Shown here piece after piece: positions 29,302-37,588 of a DNA stretch of 64,000 nucleotides. The position numbers and the translations under genes are program-made. The notes beneath the pieces are model-generated. The model did no database searches. It worked only from the letters and a program-made list of their open reading frames with translations, and was not told the DNA's origin. Position 1 is the stretch's first letter, and each line of letters opens with the position of its first letter. Source of the stretch: Rikenellaceae bacterium (GTDB lineage Bacteria; Bacteroidota; Bacteroidia; Bacteroidales; Rikenellaceae); the NCBI GenBank assembly GCA_047174185.1, contig JBCQUH010000004.1, positions 2,656-66,655 of the forward strand, given 5' to 3'.

Positions 29302-30836
29302 CTCTGGTTTGCACCCTGCCACAGGTAGTAGTGTTGACCTGGTTTTGCATCTATGTAAGGTGGTGGCAGAGTGAGTTTTTCGACCATACCAGCCTCGGCA
29401 CGTCGCAGCGACAAACCACTCTCAATCCACGCTATCGAGACCATATCGGCATACTCCGCACCCACACAATCGCAGCAAAACGCAAACAGCAACGCACCTC
29501 GACGATCCAACGACAAGGGGCGATCAAGCAGCTCCATCGGCAGAAGATACTCCAAGAAGCGCTCCAAAAAGCGATCGTCCGCCTCAATCAACATCTTCAT
29601 GGGTTGTTGCCACGCCTTAGCGTTATAAAATTTATCGATTAGTTTAGATAGTTGACGAGCACGATCCAACTCCGCAACGGTAATTACTGGGGTCTGCAAC
29701 ACCTCGTAAGGGGGTTGCGACGAGTAGCAAATCCCCAATTCAGCGGCTTGGCGACGCATGCGCGTACCAGGCAGGAGCTTCAACAACTCGAGCTGAATCT
29801 CATCGGCACCAAGTTGCACCAACTGTCGCACATCTCGAAAAATTTGCGACAATGTGTAGTGCGGCAACCCTGCGATAAGATCGGCATGAGTCTCAAAATT
29901 TGACATCTCACACAATCGCGCCAGCCCCCTAATGGCGGCTTCGTTGGCACCAATTCGCCCCGAGGACTCGATCACTCGGTCATCGAGACTCTGCATCCCA
30001 GCCTCAAGATGCAACAACCCATTGGGCATTGCCGAGAGAGCGTCGCACAATGAATCGGTGAGCAGCGCAGGGTGGATCTCGAGATGGAAATTCATCGATG
30101 GGAAGTCGCAAAACATAGCCAACAACTCCTTGGCACGACGTGGCGAGTAGTTAAACGTGCGATCCAAAACCCTCACATCGCGTATGCCTCGTGCGGCAAT
30201 ATCGGCAATTCGCTCGCGTGCCTGCTCTATCGAACGGTCGCGAATCGGTTTGTCGCCACCACTCACACAAAATGCACAGTCGTTGAAACACCCTCGCGAA
30301 AACTCCATCTGTACAAATGGCGCGCAGAGCGAGAAAAAACGGCTCGACTCAGGCGGTGGCAGCTGGGCAAAGTTGGCTACACGCGCCGCTCCATTGTCGC
30401 AATATCGACCCTCGGAGTCGAGATAACACAATCCAACTATCGAGGACAACTTCTCGCCCCTCAGCAGGCGATGAAACTCCACCTCGCCCTCGCCTCGAAA
30501 AACCTTATTAATAAATGTGTTGCGACGCAGAAACGACTCGTTACAACCATCGAACTCAGCCCCACCGAGGATGATCTCGACATGGGGCACGAGCGCCTTG
30601 ATACGTTGGCAGATGCTCAACACCACATCGTGGTTGAACAACCACAGAGTGGCTGCGATAATCGTTGGCTGAGCCTCGTAAAGCTCGCGCGTCAACGCAA
30701 ACAGATCGCTATTGATCGTGCCACTCACGCAGCTCCACTCATAACCGTCGTCACCCTCGCGACACGCCTCGATGGCGGGCAGAGCCAACGACGAGTGCGA
30801 GTAGGAGGCACTAATATCTAACCAAACAAGATTCAT
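29235..30836 (-). CDS. B12-binding-domain radical SAM protein (DUF4080-like C-terminus), function unknown
   Basis: 533 aa with an N-terminal cobalamin-binding-like Rossmann region, a CxxxCxxC cluster (SRGCFNDCAFC) and a long helical C-terminal domain. Confidence 0.75.
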   Translation of the reverse strand: MNLVWLDISASYSHSSLALPAIEACREGDDGYEWSCVSGTINSDLFALTRELYEAQPTIIAATLWLFNHDVVLSICQRIKALVPHVEIILGGAEFDGCNESFLRRNTFINKVFRGEGEVEFHRLLRGEKLSSIVGLCYLDSEGRYCDNGAARVANFAQLPPPESSRFFSLCAPFVQMEFSRGCFNDCAFCVSGGDKPIRDRSIEQARERIADIAARGIRDVRVLDRTFNYSPRRAKELLAMFCDFPSMNFHLEIHPALLTDSLCDALSAMPNGLLHLEAGMQSLDDRVIESSGRIGANEAAIRGLARLCEMSNFETHADLIAGLPHYTLSQIFRDVRQLVQLGADEIQLELLKLLPGTRMRRQAAELGICYSSQPPYEVLQTPVITVAELDRARQLSKLIDKFYNAKAWQQPMKMLIEADDRFLERFLEYLLPMELLDRPLSLDRRGALLFAFCCDCVGAEYADMVSIAWIESGLSLRRAEAGMVEKLTLPPPYIDAKPGQHYYLWQGANQSYIFIFDRSLDHSRPISKVALS

Positions 30837-30938
30837 AAATACTTCATATTAACCCCCAAAAGTACGACTTTTTGAGTTATATAACTACTCGTGCAACTAT
30901 ATTTATATAGGCGATTTTGAAAATCAATAGAAAATACA

Positions 30939-30946
30939 TATCTTTG
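30939..30946 (+). promoter_or_regulatory. candidate -7 box (TATCTTTG) for the lipoprotein pair
   Basis: Matches TAnnTTTG 38 nt upstream of the ATG at 30984. An 8-bp stem hairpin (30954-30980) lies in the leader. Confidence 0.4.
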
Positions 30947-30983
30947 ATGCGGATTTGAATTGTGAAAACTAAAATTCAAAAAC

Positions 30984-33704
30984 ATGAAAACATTTAAATT
31001 AACAGCTATGCTGTTATCTTTGGTGATGGCACTCTGCTTTACATCATGTGAGGATTTGATCGAGGATGTGGATCTCCCCACTGCATCTGCAGCTACGATT
31101 TCGAGTGCTGAGGCAGGAGATGGTCGTGTGAAGGTCGCATGGGAGATTCCAGAGGATGAAAATATCACCAAATGTATGCTGATTATCGTAGCGGAAGATA
31201 ACTCCGTGGCTCAGAGCAAAGAGTATACCGTTAGCTCACTGGAGCAGAGCTTCAGCGAGAGTATCACCAATCTTGAGGCTGGGACATATACGATAATGGT
31301 CAAGAACTATGGGGCTACCCTGATCAACTACACAGCAGTGACTACGGTTCTAACCGTCTACGATGCAACGACGTACGAGACAATTCCGACGATCACGGCA
31401 GTTACGGATGGCGACTGGAGCGAGGCCTATTTTACGGTGAAAAATCTACCCGACGATCTATATAACATAACCATTACATATAATAAAAAGGCGAATAGCT
31501 ATCTTGCGACAGAGATTCCCGAAGATGGCATCATCACAATTGCATATGTGACAGATATCTTTGACTTCACCTATACCGCTTCGTTTATGCCCGAGGGGGG
31601 ATTAGACGAGGTTGTGTCGCAGAGCATCGGAAGTGGCAGCATCCTACTATCCGACCCAACAATTCCAATCGTGGCATCGCCTACAGTTTCGAGCGCCAAG
31701 GCAGGAGATGGCCGAGCGGTGATTGCATGGAGCGTTCCCGAGGATGAGTATGTCACAAAATGTGGATTAACCATCACCGCATCAGACAACACCGTTGTCA
31801 AGAGCGTCGAGTACGCTGTCGAGAGCTTGGGACAGAACTTTAACGAGACCTTCACAGAGCTTGCGGTGGGCACCTACACGGTAAAGATCCAAAACTACGG
31901 AGATATAGAGATCAATTCGACGGCTGTGGTTAGAACAATAACCGTTTACGACGCTGCGAGCTATACATCGATCCCAATAATTACGGCAACGACAAATAAG
32001 TTGGGTGGCGAGATTGAGTTTACGGTGACCGACCTACCCGACGATCTATACTATATAACGATCTCATACAACGGTGATGATTACGAATTCTTCGCAACGG
32101 AGATCTCTTCGGAGGGCGATGGAGTGCTCACCATCGAGTATGTGACGGATATCTATGACTTCACATACACCTCATCATTCAAGCCAACGGGAGGTCTCGA
32201 CGAGGTCACTTCGGCAAATATCGGACAAGGTAGTGCAACGACAATGATTTTTGATATTGTCTTCGATGGTACGACATATGAGATCTATACCGAGGTAGGA
32301 TTTGCAGCCTTCTCGAATCTTGTAAATGGAGGCACGACGTATAAAGATGCTAATATTTATGGCGATGGCATCCCTACATTTGGAACGCTCAACAATAATA
32401 TCAACGCTAAGTTGATGGAGGATATTGACCTTAGCACCATCTGTAGCGCGACACTTGGCAGCTGGACACCTATCGGCGATTGGGAGACCATAAATACATA
32501 CATGTACTATGGCGGTACGTTCGATGGCAATGGCAAGAAGATCTCGGGATTGTATATCTCAACTGCAGATAAGTCATATCAGGGGTTGTTTGGATATACA
32601 TCGGAGACGGCAGTGATCAAAGACTTCACGCTGGAGTCACCAGTGATTATCAGCACCTCGACGGCCAAAGATAACGCTATTTACATTGGAGGCTGCATTG
32701 GTTATGCCACTGCATCTACGATCTCGGGCATTACGGTTAACAACCCAACAATCTCGTCGGACGATGCAGGTATTGGAGGAGTCGTTGGATATGGCGCAGC
32801 CTATGCTACCGTTAGCGATTGCCACACCATCGGTGGTACTATCGCTTGGTCTGGAACCTACCTAACATCAAGTGGAGGAGTCGGAGGCGTTGTTGGCCGA
32901 GCACAGCTTACCGATATCTTCTACTGCACGAATAGCGCCACGGTAACAAGCGGCAGACTGGTTACATCTACCGATACAGGAGTTGGTGGAATCGCGGGGC
33001 GATGTGCAGGAAATCTATTTGTTGGATGTTCAAATTCGGGAAGGATCGAGGGCTACACTTGTATTGGAGGAATCTGCGGTCGTGGTCAGGCTGGTATCTT
33101 TATTGGTTGCTACAACGACACAGATGCGGAGATTGTCTCTACAGGAGACATGCACAGTGGCGGTATTGTAGGCTATAACCATGGTGCAGCAGGAATAGCT
33201 ACTGGACATGCTCGAGTTTATGGATGCTACAACAGAGGTACAGTTAATGGCAGTGTTAACACTGGAGGTATCGCTGGCAACAATAGTATCAAGTATAGTA
33301 AGATTGCAGGTTGCTACAACATTGGAGCCATCTCTAGTTCAGATGATACGACTATTGGAGCGATCGCAGGAACGACGGCATACGATGGGTCACATACCAC
33401 AATCTATACATCTTACTACTTGAATAGCACCTGTTCACTAGGTCTTGGAGGTACTTATGCCACCACCTTTGCAGGTGTGATGATCGGAGTTGACAATATC
33501 TCAGATATCAATACAGCCGAGGCTGTTGCTGCATTGAACGCTGCGCTTGATAACGTTTACGAAAATACAGATAATAAGTCAGGCACAACGATATTCCCAG
33601 ATGGTATCGACACATACTGTAAGTATCGATGCAAGTGGGAGGTTGACGCTTCGGGGTCGGAGCCTAAGATTGTAATATACGATAATCCTTACTACGCGGA
33701 GTAA
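30984..33704 (+). CDS. surface lipoprotein: two ~188-aa Ig/Fn3-like modules plus a GLUG-motif beta-helix-like C-terminal region
   Basis: Lipobox LCFTSC. Module 1 is 31083-31643 and module 2 is 31674-32237. The C-terminal part has FDGNGKKISGLYI...GLFGY and many GG(I/V)(A/V)G repeats about 25-30 aa apart (GLUG-like). Confidence 0.7.
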   Translation: MKTFKLTAMLLSLVMALCFTSCEDLIEDVDLPTASAATISSAEAGDGRVKVAWEIPEDENITKCMLIIVAEDNSVAQSKEYTVSSLEQSFSESITNLEAGTYTIMVKNYGATLINYTAVTTVLTVYDATTYETIPTITAVTDGDWSEAYFTVKNLPDDLYNITITYNKKANSYLATEIPEDGIITIAYVTDIFDFTYTASFMPEGGLDEVVSQSIGSGSILLSDPTIPIVASPTVSSAKAGDGRAVIAWSVPEDEYVTKCGLTITASDNTVVKSVEYAVESLGQNFNETFTELAVGTYTVKIQNYGDIEINSTAVVRTITVYDAASYTSIPIITATTNKLGGEIEFTVTDLPDDLYYITISYNGDDYEFFATEISSEGDGVLTIEYVTDIYDFTYTSSFKPTGGLDEVTSANIGQGSATTMIFDIVFDGTTYEIYTEVGFAAFSNLVNGGTTYKDANIYGDGIPTFGTLNNNINAKLMEDIDLSTICSATLGSWTPIGDWETINTYMYYGGTFDGNGKKISGLYISTADKSYQGLFGYTSETAVIKDFTLESPVIISTSTAKDNAIYIGGCIGYATASTISGITVNNPTISSDDAGIGGVVGYGAAYATVSDCHTIGGTIAWSGTYLTSSGGVGGVVGRAQLTDIFYCTNSATVTSGRLVTSTDTGVGGIAGRCAGNLFVGCSNSGRIEGYTCIGGICGRGQAGIFIGCYNDTDAEIVSTGDMHSGGIVGYNHGAAGIATGHARVYGCYNRGTVNGSVNTGGIAGNNSIKYSKIAGCYNIGAISSSDDTTIGAIAGTTAYDGSHTTIYTSYYLNSTCSLGLGGTYATTFAGVMIGVDNISDINTAEAVAALNAALDNVYENTDNKSGTTIFPDGIDTYCKYRCKWEVDASGSEPKIVIYDNPYYAE

Positions 33705-33775
33705 TATATCACCTTACTCGATAGGAATTTACCCCTCCTCTCGAGTAATATTACTCAAATAAAAAAAGCTGAAAT

Positions 33776-35596
33776 ATGAAAAGAATAACGAAACTAATAA
33801 CCTCTCTACTCTCGTTGGCCATGATCCTCTGCGCCACATCGTGTACAGAGGATTCAAATGTCGATCTATCTATACCCGATGTAGATCCATCGGTAATTGT
33901 CAATCTACAGGCAGGAGACTCTAAGGCAGCAATATCGTGGGTCGCACCAGAGGACGAAAACATCACATCGTGCTACATGAGTATCAAATCATCAGATGGC
34001 ACGATACTCAGTAAAACTAAATATGATGTACTAATCACAAGCCAACGATTCAACGAGACCATAACCGACCTAGAGGCTGGGGAGTACACCTTCGTGATCG
34101 AGAACTATGGCACAACCGATATAAACTCGGATGTTGCCACCAAGAGTGTGACCGTTTACGACGCTACGACCTACACCTCGATCCCAACCATCACGGCAGC
34201 TACGGATGAGAGCAATAGCGAGTCGATATTTAGCGTATCCGACCTGCCCGAGGATCTATATAGCGTAACAATCAGATACAATCAGGCAAATTACACCTAC
34301 GACTATGCGGATTTTGCGACAGAGGATATTACGATTGCATATGTTTCGAATGTTAGCAAATATACATATACAGCAGCATTCAAACCAGAGGATGGACTCG
34401 ACGAGGTAACTAGCGAGAAGTCAGGAAGCGGCACAATCACCATAACAGGAGCGGTGGAGCCAGAACCTGAGCCTGAACCCGAGCCTGAACCTGAGCCAGA
34501 CACACAGATCTACAATGGACTTATCCACACGGACGCGACGATCCTAAATATGAGTAAGATCATAGAGGCTCAAAACTTCTCGAGCGAGGCCTATAAGTGC
34601 TATATCTATATGATTCAGCACAATAAGGCACAGGCCGATTTCTCCTATACGGCCGTAGAGGATATGGATATTCAGTTGGCTGCAAGCAACTACGTCAATG
34701 ATTTCGCTGCAATCTATATGAACGCCATACTATACGCCACAACAGGCGATGAGGATCATGCAAATATGGCTGCGACGATAATCAAAAATTATATGACTGC
34801 ATGCACAATCTATAAGACATCGCCAACGACCAACACCCCTCTACTTGTCGGAGTGGGATATAGCCTCTTCTGCGCTTTTGAGCTGCTCAAGACCTATGGC
34901 ACATTCTACGAGGATAACTACGACGAGTTCTCGGCATGGATTCGAGAGATGTATGAACCGATGTTTGAGTACTTCTACAACCTAACACCATATACCAATG
35001 GTAACTGGGGAATGACGGTTTCCAACACATACCTTACGATGGCCGCCTTCTTGAAGGATGAGGCGATGTATGAGGATGCAAAGGATAAATTCCTCCACCG
35101 CTACGACAACGGTTCGATGGATCACTATCTCGACTCTGTGACTGGTCAGTGCCAAGAGTCGGGTCGCGATCAGGGACACGTGCAGTTTGGACTCTCGCGT
35201 GCCGCTACGGCCTGCGAGGTTGCATGGAACCAAGGCGACGACCTCTACTCCTATAACGACAACGTTCTGCTCAAGGGTTTTGAGTATACGGCAAAGGTTC
35301 TACTCAACTACCTAAAGGGCACGAATTACGATGTTCCATATACAAAATGGACTGACATAACGGGTAAATATTGTAGCTGGAGCAGCATCAATGCAGGAGG
35401 AGGAGATAGCAACAACTACTACCGTCCATGTTGGTTCATCGCCTACAACCACTATGTAAATCGCATGGGGCTAGAGATGCCATACACCAAAGAGTTTATC
35501 GAGTACTCGGAGTGGGGAAAAAACCCTGGCAACTACTACTTCTACGACGGCACGTGGTTTGAGGCATTCCAATGGAACCACGAGTATATAGAGTAA
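33776..35596 (+). CDS. surface lipoprotein: one copy of the same ~188-aa module, an (EP)7 linker and an alginate-lyase-like (alpha/alpha toroid) domain
   Basis: Lipobox LCATSC. Module 3 is 33884-34438. The C-terminal motifs NGNWGMTVSN and QESGRDQGHVQFGL resemble Alginate_lyase (PF05426-type) proteins as I remember them. Confidence 0.6.
   Translation: MKRITKLITSLLSLAMILCATSCTEDSNVDLSIPDVDPSVIVNLQAGDSKAAISWVAPEDENITSCYMSIKSSDGTILSKTKYDVLITSQRFNETITDLEAGEYTFVIENYGTTDINSDVATKSVTVYDATTYTSIPTITAATDESNSESIFSVSDLPEDLYSVTIRYNQANYTYDYADFATEDITIAYVSNVSKYTYTAAFKPEDGLDEVTSEKSGSGTITITGAVEPEPEPEPEPEPEPDTQIYNGLIHTDATILNMSKIIEAQNFSSEAYKCYIYMIQHNKAQADFSYTAVEDMDIQLAASNYVNDFAAIYMNAILYATTGDEDHANMAATIIKNYMTACTIYKTSPTTNTPLLVGVGYSLFCAFELLKTYGTFYEDNYDEFSAWIREMYEPMFEYFYNLTPYTNGNWGMTVSNTYLTMAAFLKDEAMYEDAKDKFLHRYDNGSMDHYLDSVTGQCQESGRDQGHVQFGLSRAATACEVAWNQGDDLYSYNDNVLLKGFEYTAKVLLNYLKGTNYDVPYTKWTDITGKYCSWSSINAGGGDSNNYYRPCWFIAYNHYVNRMGLEMPYTKEFIEYSEWGKNPGNYYFYDGTWFEAFQWNHEYIE
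34457..34498 (+). repeat. (Glu-Pro)x7 coding microsatellite linker
   Basis: gagcca/gaacct/gagcct... hexanucleotide units that encode EPEPEPEPEPEPEP. Confidence 0.95.
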
Positions 35597-35646
35597 CGAG
35601 AGTTAAAGGGTAGGAGTTTATCGTCCCCCTACCAACAATAAATAAT

Positions 35647-35702
35647 AGGGTTCTATCTAAGGTCACACACCATTCGTGATTTTGGATAGAACCCTTTTTT
35701 AT
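35647..35702 (+). terminator. rho-independent terminator after the lipoprotein pair
   Basis: agggttctatc (35647-35657) pairs with gatagaaccct (35685-35695), followed by a tttttt run. Confidence 0.7.
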
Positions 35703-35809
35703 TTTATTATGAAGAATGAATCGAAGCTAAAATATCGATAGCGATTGTATAATCCCATAATTTTCGTACATTTGTGGCAAGTTCTTACACTTCTAACAGT
35801 CGTATTAAT

Positions 35810-36451
35810 ATGTCAAAGTTCACTACCCAAACGCTCCCATTCGATGGGCCGATAATCATAACTCCCAACAGCGTGGGAGAGCCTCGTAACTACCTCACCG
35901 ACATCAACGATACGGATGAGCTTCTGCCACTGTTAGAGATGGAGGAGGGTGAGGAGTTTGTTGTCCAGAGCGTTGAGACAATGCCTCGTGGTGTGCTGCG
36001 CGGCCTACACTTCAACCGCAAAACGCCACAGGGGTTGTTGATTGGTGCCACATCGGGGGCGATACTTATGGTCGTGGTCGACCTGCGCCCCGAGAGCAAA
36101 ACCTTTGGCGCATCACACGCCATAGAGCTGTCGGCCGAGAACCAACAGATGATCTACATCCCCAAGTTCTATGCCCAAGGCCTGCTAACGCTCGAGCCAC
36201 ACACCGAGGTGGTGATCAACTACACGACCGAGAGCACCCCCAACAGAGAGTCGGGGATCATCTGGGACGATGAGATATTGATGATCGATTGGAAGTTCGA
36301 CCGCTACGACATCGACTCAAACCGTCTAAACATGACGGCAAAGGATAAGAAACTACCGAGCTTCCGCTCCTACAACCAACACGACCTATGGCCAGGGCGC
36401 ATAATCAAGAGAAGTTATGCGCTTAAACGTCTGCTTAATAGCAAGTTATAG
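35810..36451 (+). CDS. RmlC-like cupin (dTDP-4-dehydrorhamnose 3,5-epimerase family), probably divergent or non-canonical
   Basis: 213 aa from the ATG at 35810. It has RGVLRGLHFN and VVVDLRPESKTFG...LSAENQQMIYIPKF, as in RmlC. There are no rmlA/B/D neighbours. Confidence 0.65.
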   Translation: MSKFTTQTLPFDGPIIITPNSVGEPRNYLTDINDTDELLPLLEMEEGEEFVVQSVETMPRGVLRGLHFNRKTPQGLLIGATSGAILMVVVDLRPESKTFGASHAIELSAENQQMIYIPKFYAQGLLTLEPHTEVVINYTTESTPNRESGIIWDDEILMIDWKFDRYDIDSNRLNMTAKDKKLPSFRSYNQHDLWPGRIIKRSYALKRLLNSKL

Positions 36452-36483
36452 AGTTATAACCATTCCGTTGCTCGTCCGCGTCG

Positions 36484-37161
36484 CTAGCGGATCGAGTTCA
36501 TGCGTATGCTCGCCTTGACCAATGCTAGGGCGCGTATGCGACTCATCTCTATATCCTTATCGGCATGGTGCTGGTTCTGACTCACGAGACGAACACACTC
36601 TGGGCGATCGCTCTTTTGGATATATTTCACCGTAACATACTCCTCGCCGTCGAGATCTATCGACAACAGATACATATCGCCCCAGAAGATATCGCCAATA
36701 TCGGACAACTGTTTGTAGAGCACTATATCACCACTCTTAAGCAGCGGATACATCGAATCACCAACGATATATATAGCCCCATCGCACTTTGGCAGATTGG
36801 GAATATGTATATAATTGACTGGTTTGGTATTGTTCGAACTATTGAACAGCGGCACCAAACCAGCCGTCCCCTCGATAGCATAGAGGGGCACACTCTGTAG
36901 CGGCACTGCCGAATCTGTGCGATGCATAAATGTCTTTAGATTTGGCTCGGCACTAAACATCTCACCCACACCACTCTCCACCCACTCGGGGTTGACATTA
37001 AATTCTTGAACCAAGATGTTTAGATTGCGAGCCGACAACCCTGCCTTCCCAGTTTCGATCATCGAGAGTGCCGCTTTTCCCACCCCTAGATGTTGTGCAA
37101 GCTGCTCCTGAGTCATCTCTAGTCGCTTGCGAATTAGCTTAAATCTTTCATTAGGCATCAT
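36484..37161 (-). CDS. cI/LexA-type repressor: XRE-family HTH plus S24 peptidase domain
   Basis: 225 aa with the HTH MTQEQLAQHLGVGKAALSMIETGK, the S24 motif IVGDSMYPLLKSGDIV, a later Lys (TVKYIQK) and a possible Ala-Gly cleavage pair in IEGTAGLVP. Confidence 0.8.
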   Translation of the reverse strand: MMPNERFKLIRKRLEMTQEQLAQHLGVGKAALSMIETGKAGLSARNLNILVQEFNVNPEWVESGVGEMFSAEPNLKTFMHRTDSAVPLQSVPLYAIEGTAGLVPLFNSSNNTKPVNYIHIPNLPKCDGAIYIVGDSMYPLLKSGDIVLYKQLSDIGDIFWGDMYLLSIDLDGEEYVTVKYIQKSDRPECVRLVSQNQHHADKDIEMSRIRALALVKASIRMNSIR

Positions 37162-37204
37162 AATATAATCAATTTATTTAATTTTTTAACTCAAATACTA
37201 TTGC

Positions 37205-37231
37205 AATATCAATATTTTGATATTATCTTTG
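37205..37231. promoter_or_regulatory. candidate operator palindrome AATATCAA-N4-TTGATATT abutting a TATCTTTG -7 box for rightward transcription
   Basis: The palindrome is 37205-37224 and the TAnnTTTG match is 37224-37231. Both lie in the 133-bp AT-rich divergent region between the repressor and the 97-aa ORF. Confidence 0.45.
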
Positions 37232-37294
37232 CAGCTACAAAGTTAAACCATTTATTATAAACAAACAAATTTTATAACAAAATTATCTCAAAAA

Positions 37295-37588
37295 ATGTTC
37301 AAAATAGACAACACAATCTACAAACAGCTGGCCGAAGAGCTAGCGCAACAGATCCAATACAATAGATTATTCGCTGGATCTATCTCGATCGACACCGACG
37401 ATGCCGACGTAAAATTTACCGCCACCCTAATCCCCCACTTCAAAACCATAGAGTTTGTCGACGACTCGGCCGATGTGCTAGACGACATCACACCCGTATG
37501 GTGGGAGGTCGATACCACGACACTCGACGGAAAGGTGCTAAACGACTTCGATTTTCAAACATTCAAAGAGTATATCTGCCAATGGTAA
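37295..37588 (+). CDS. hypothetical very acidic 97-aa protein
   Basis: The ORF has an ATG start. By my count it has 19 D/E versus 7 K/R. Its stop overlaps the terminase start (ATGGTAA). I do not recognise a family. Confidence 0.5.
   Translation: MFKIDNTIYKQLAEELAQQIQYNRLFAGSISIDTDDADVKFTATLIPHFKTIEFVDDSADVLDDITPVWWEVDTTTLDGKVLNDFDFQTFKEYICQW

Noticed and set aside
29235-30836. The idea that this radical SAM gene is the anaerobic sulfatase-maturating enzyme needed by the four Ser-type sulfatases.
   Set aside because: An anSME is about 400 aa, with the CxxxCxxC cluster near the N-terminus and a C-terminal SPASM domain containing extra Cys clusters. This protein has an N-terminal B12-binding-like domain, a mid-protein cluster and a helical Cys-poor C-terminus.
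36484-37161. The S24/HTH protein as the host's chromosomal LexA.
   Set aside because: The N-terminal domain is an XRE/cI-type HTH rather than the LexA winged helix. The gene is divergent from phage-type genes. As I recall, canonical LexA is reported absent from many Bacteroidota. A host SOS role is not formally excluded.
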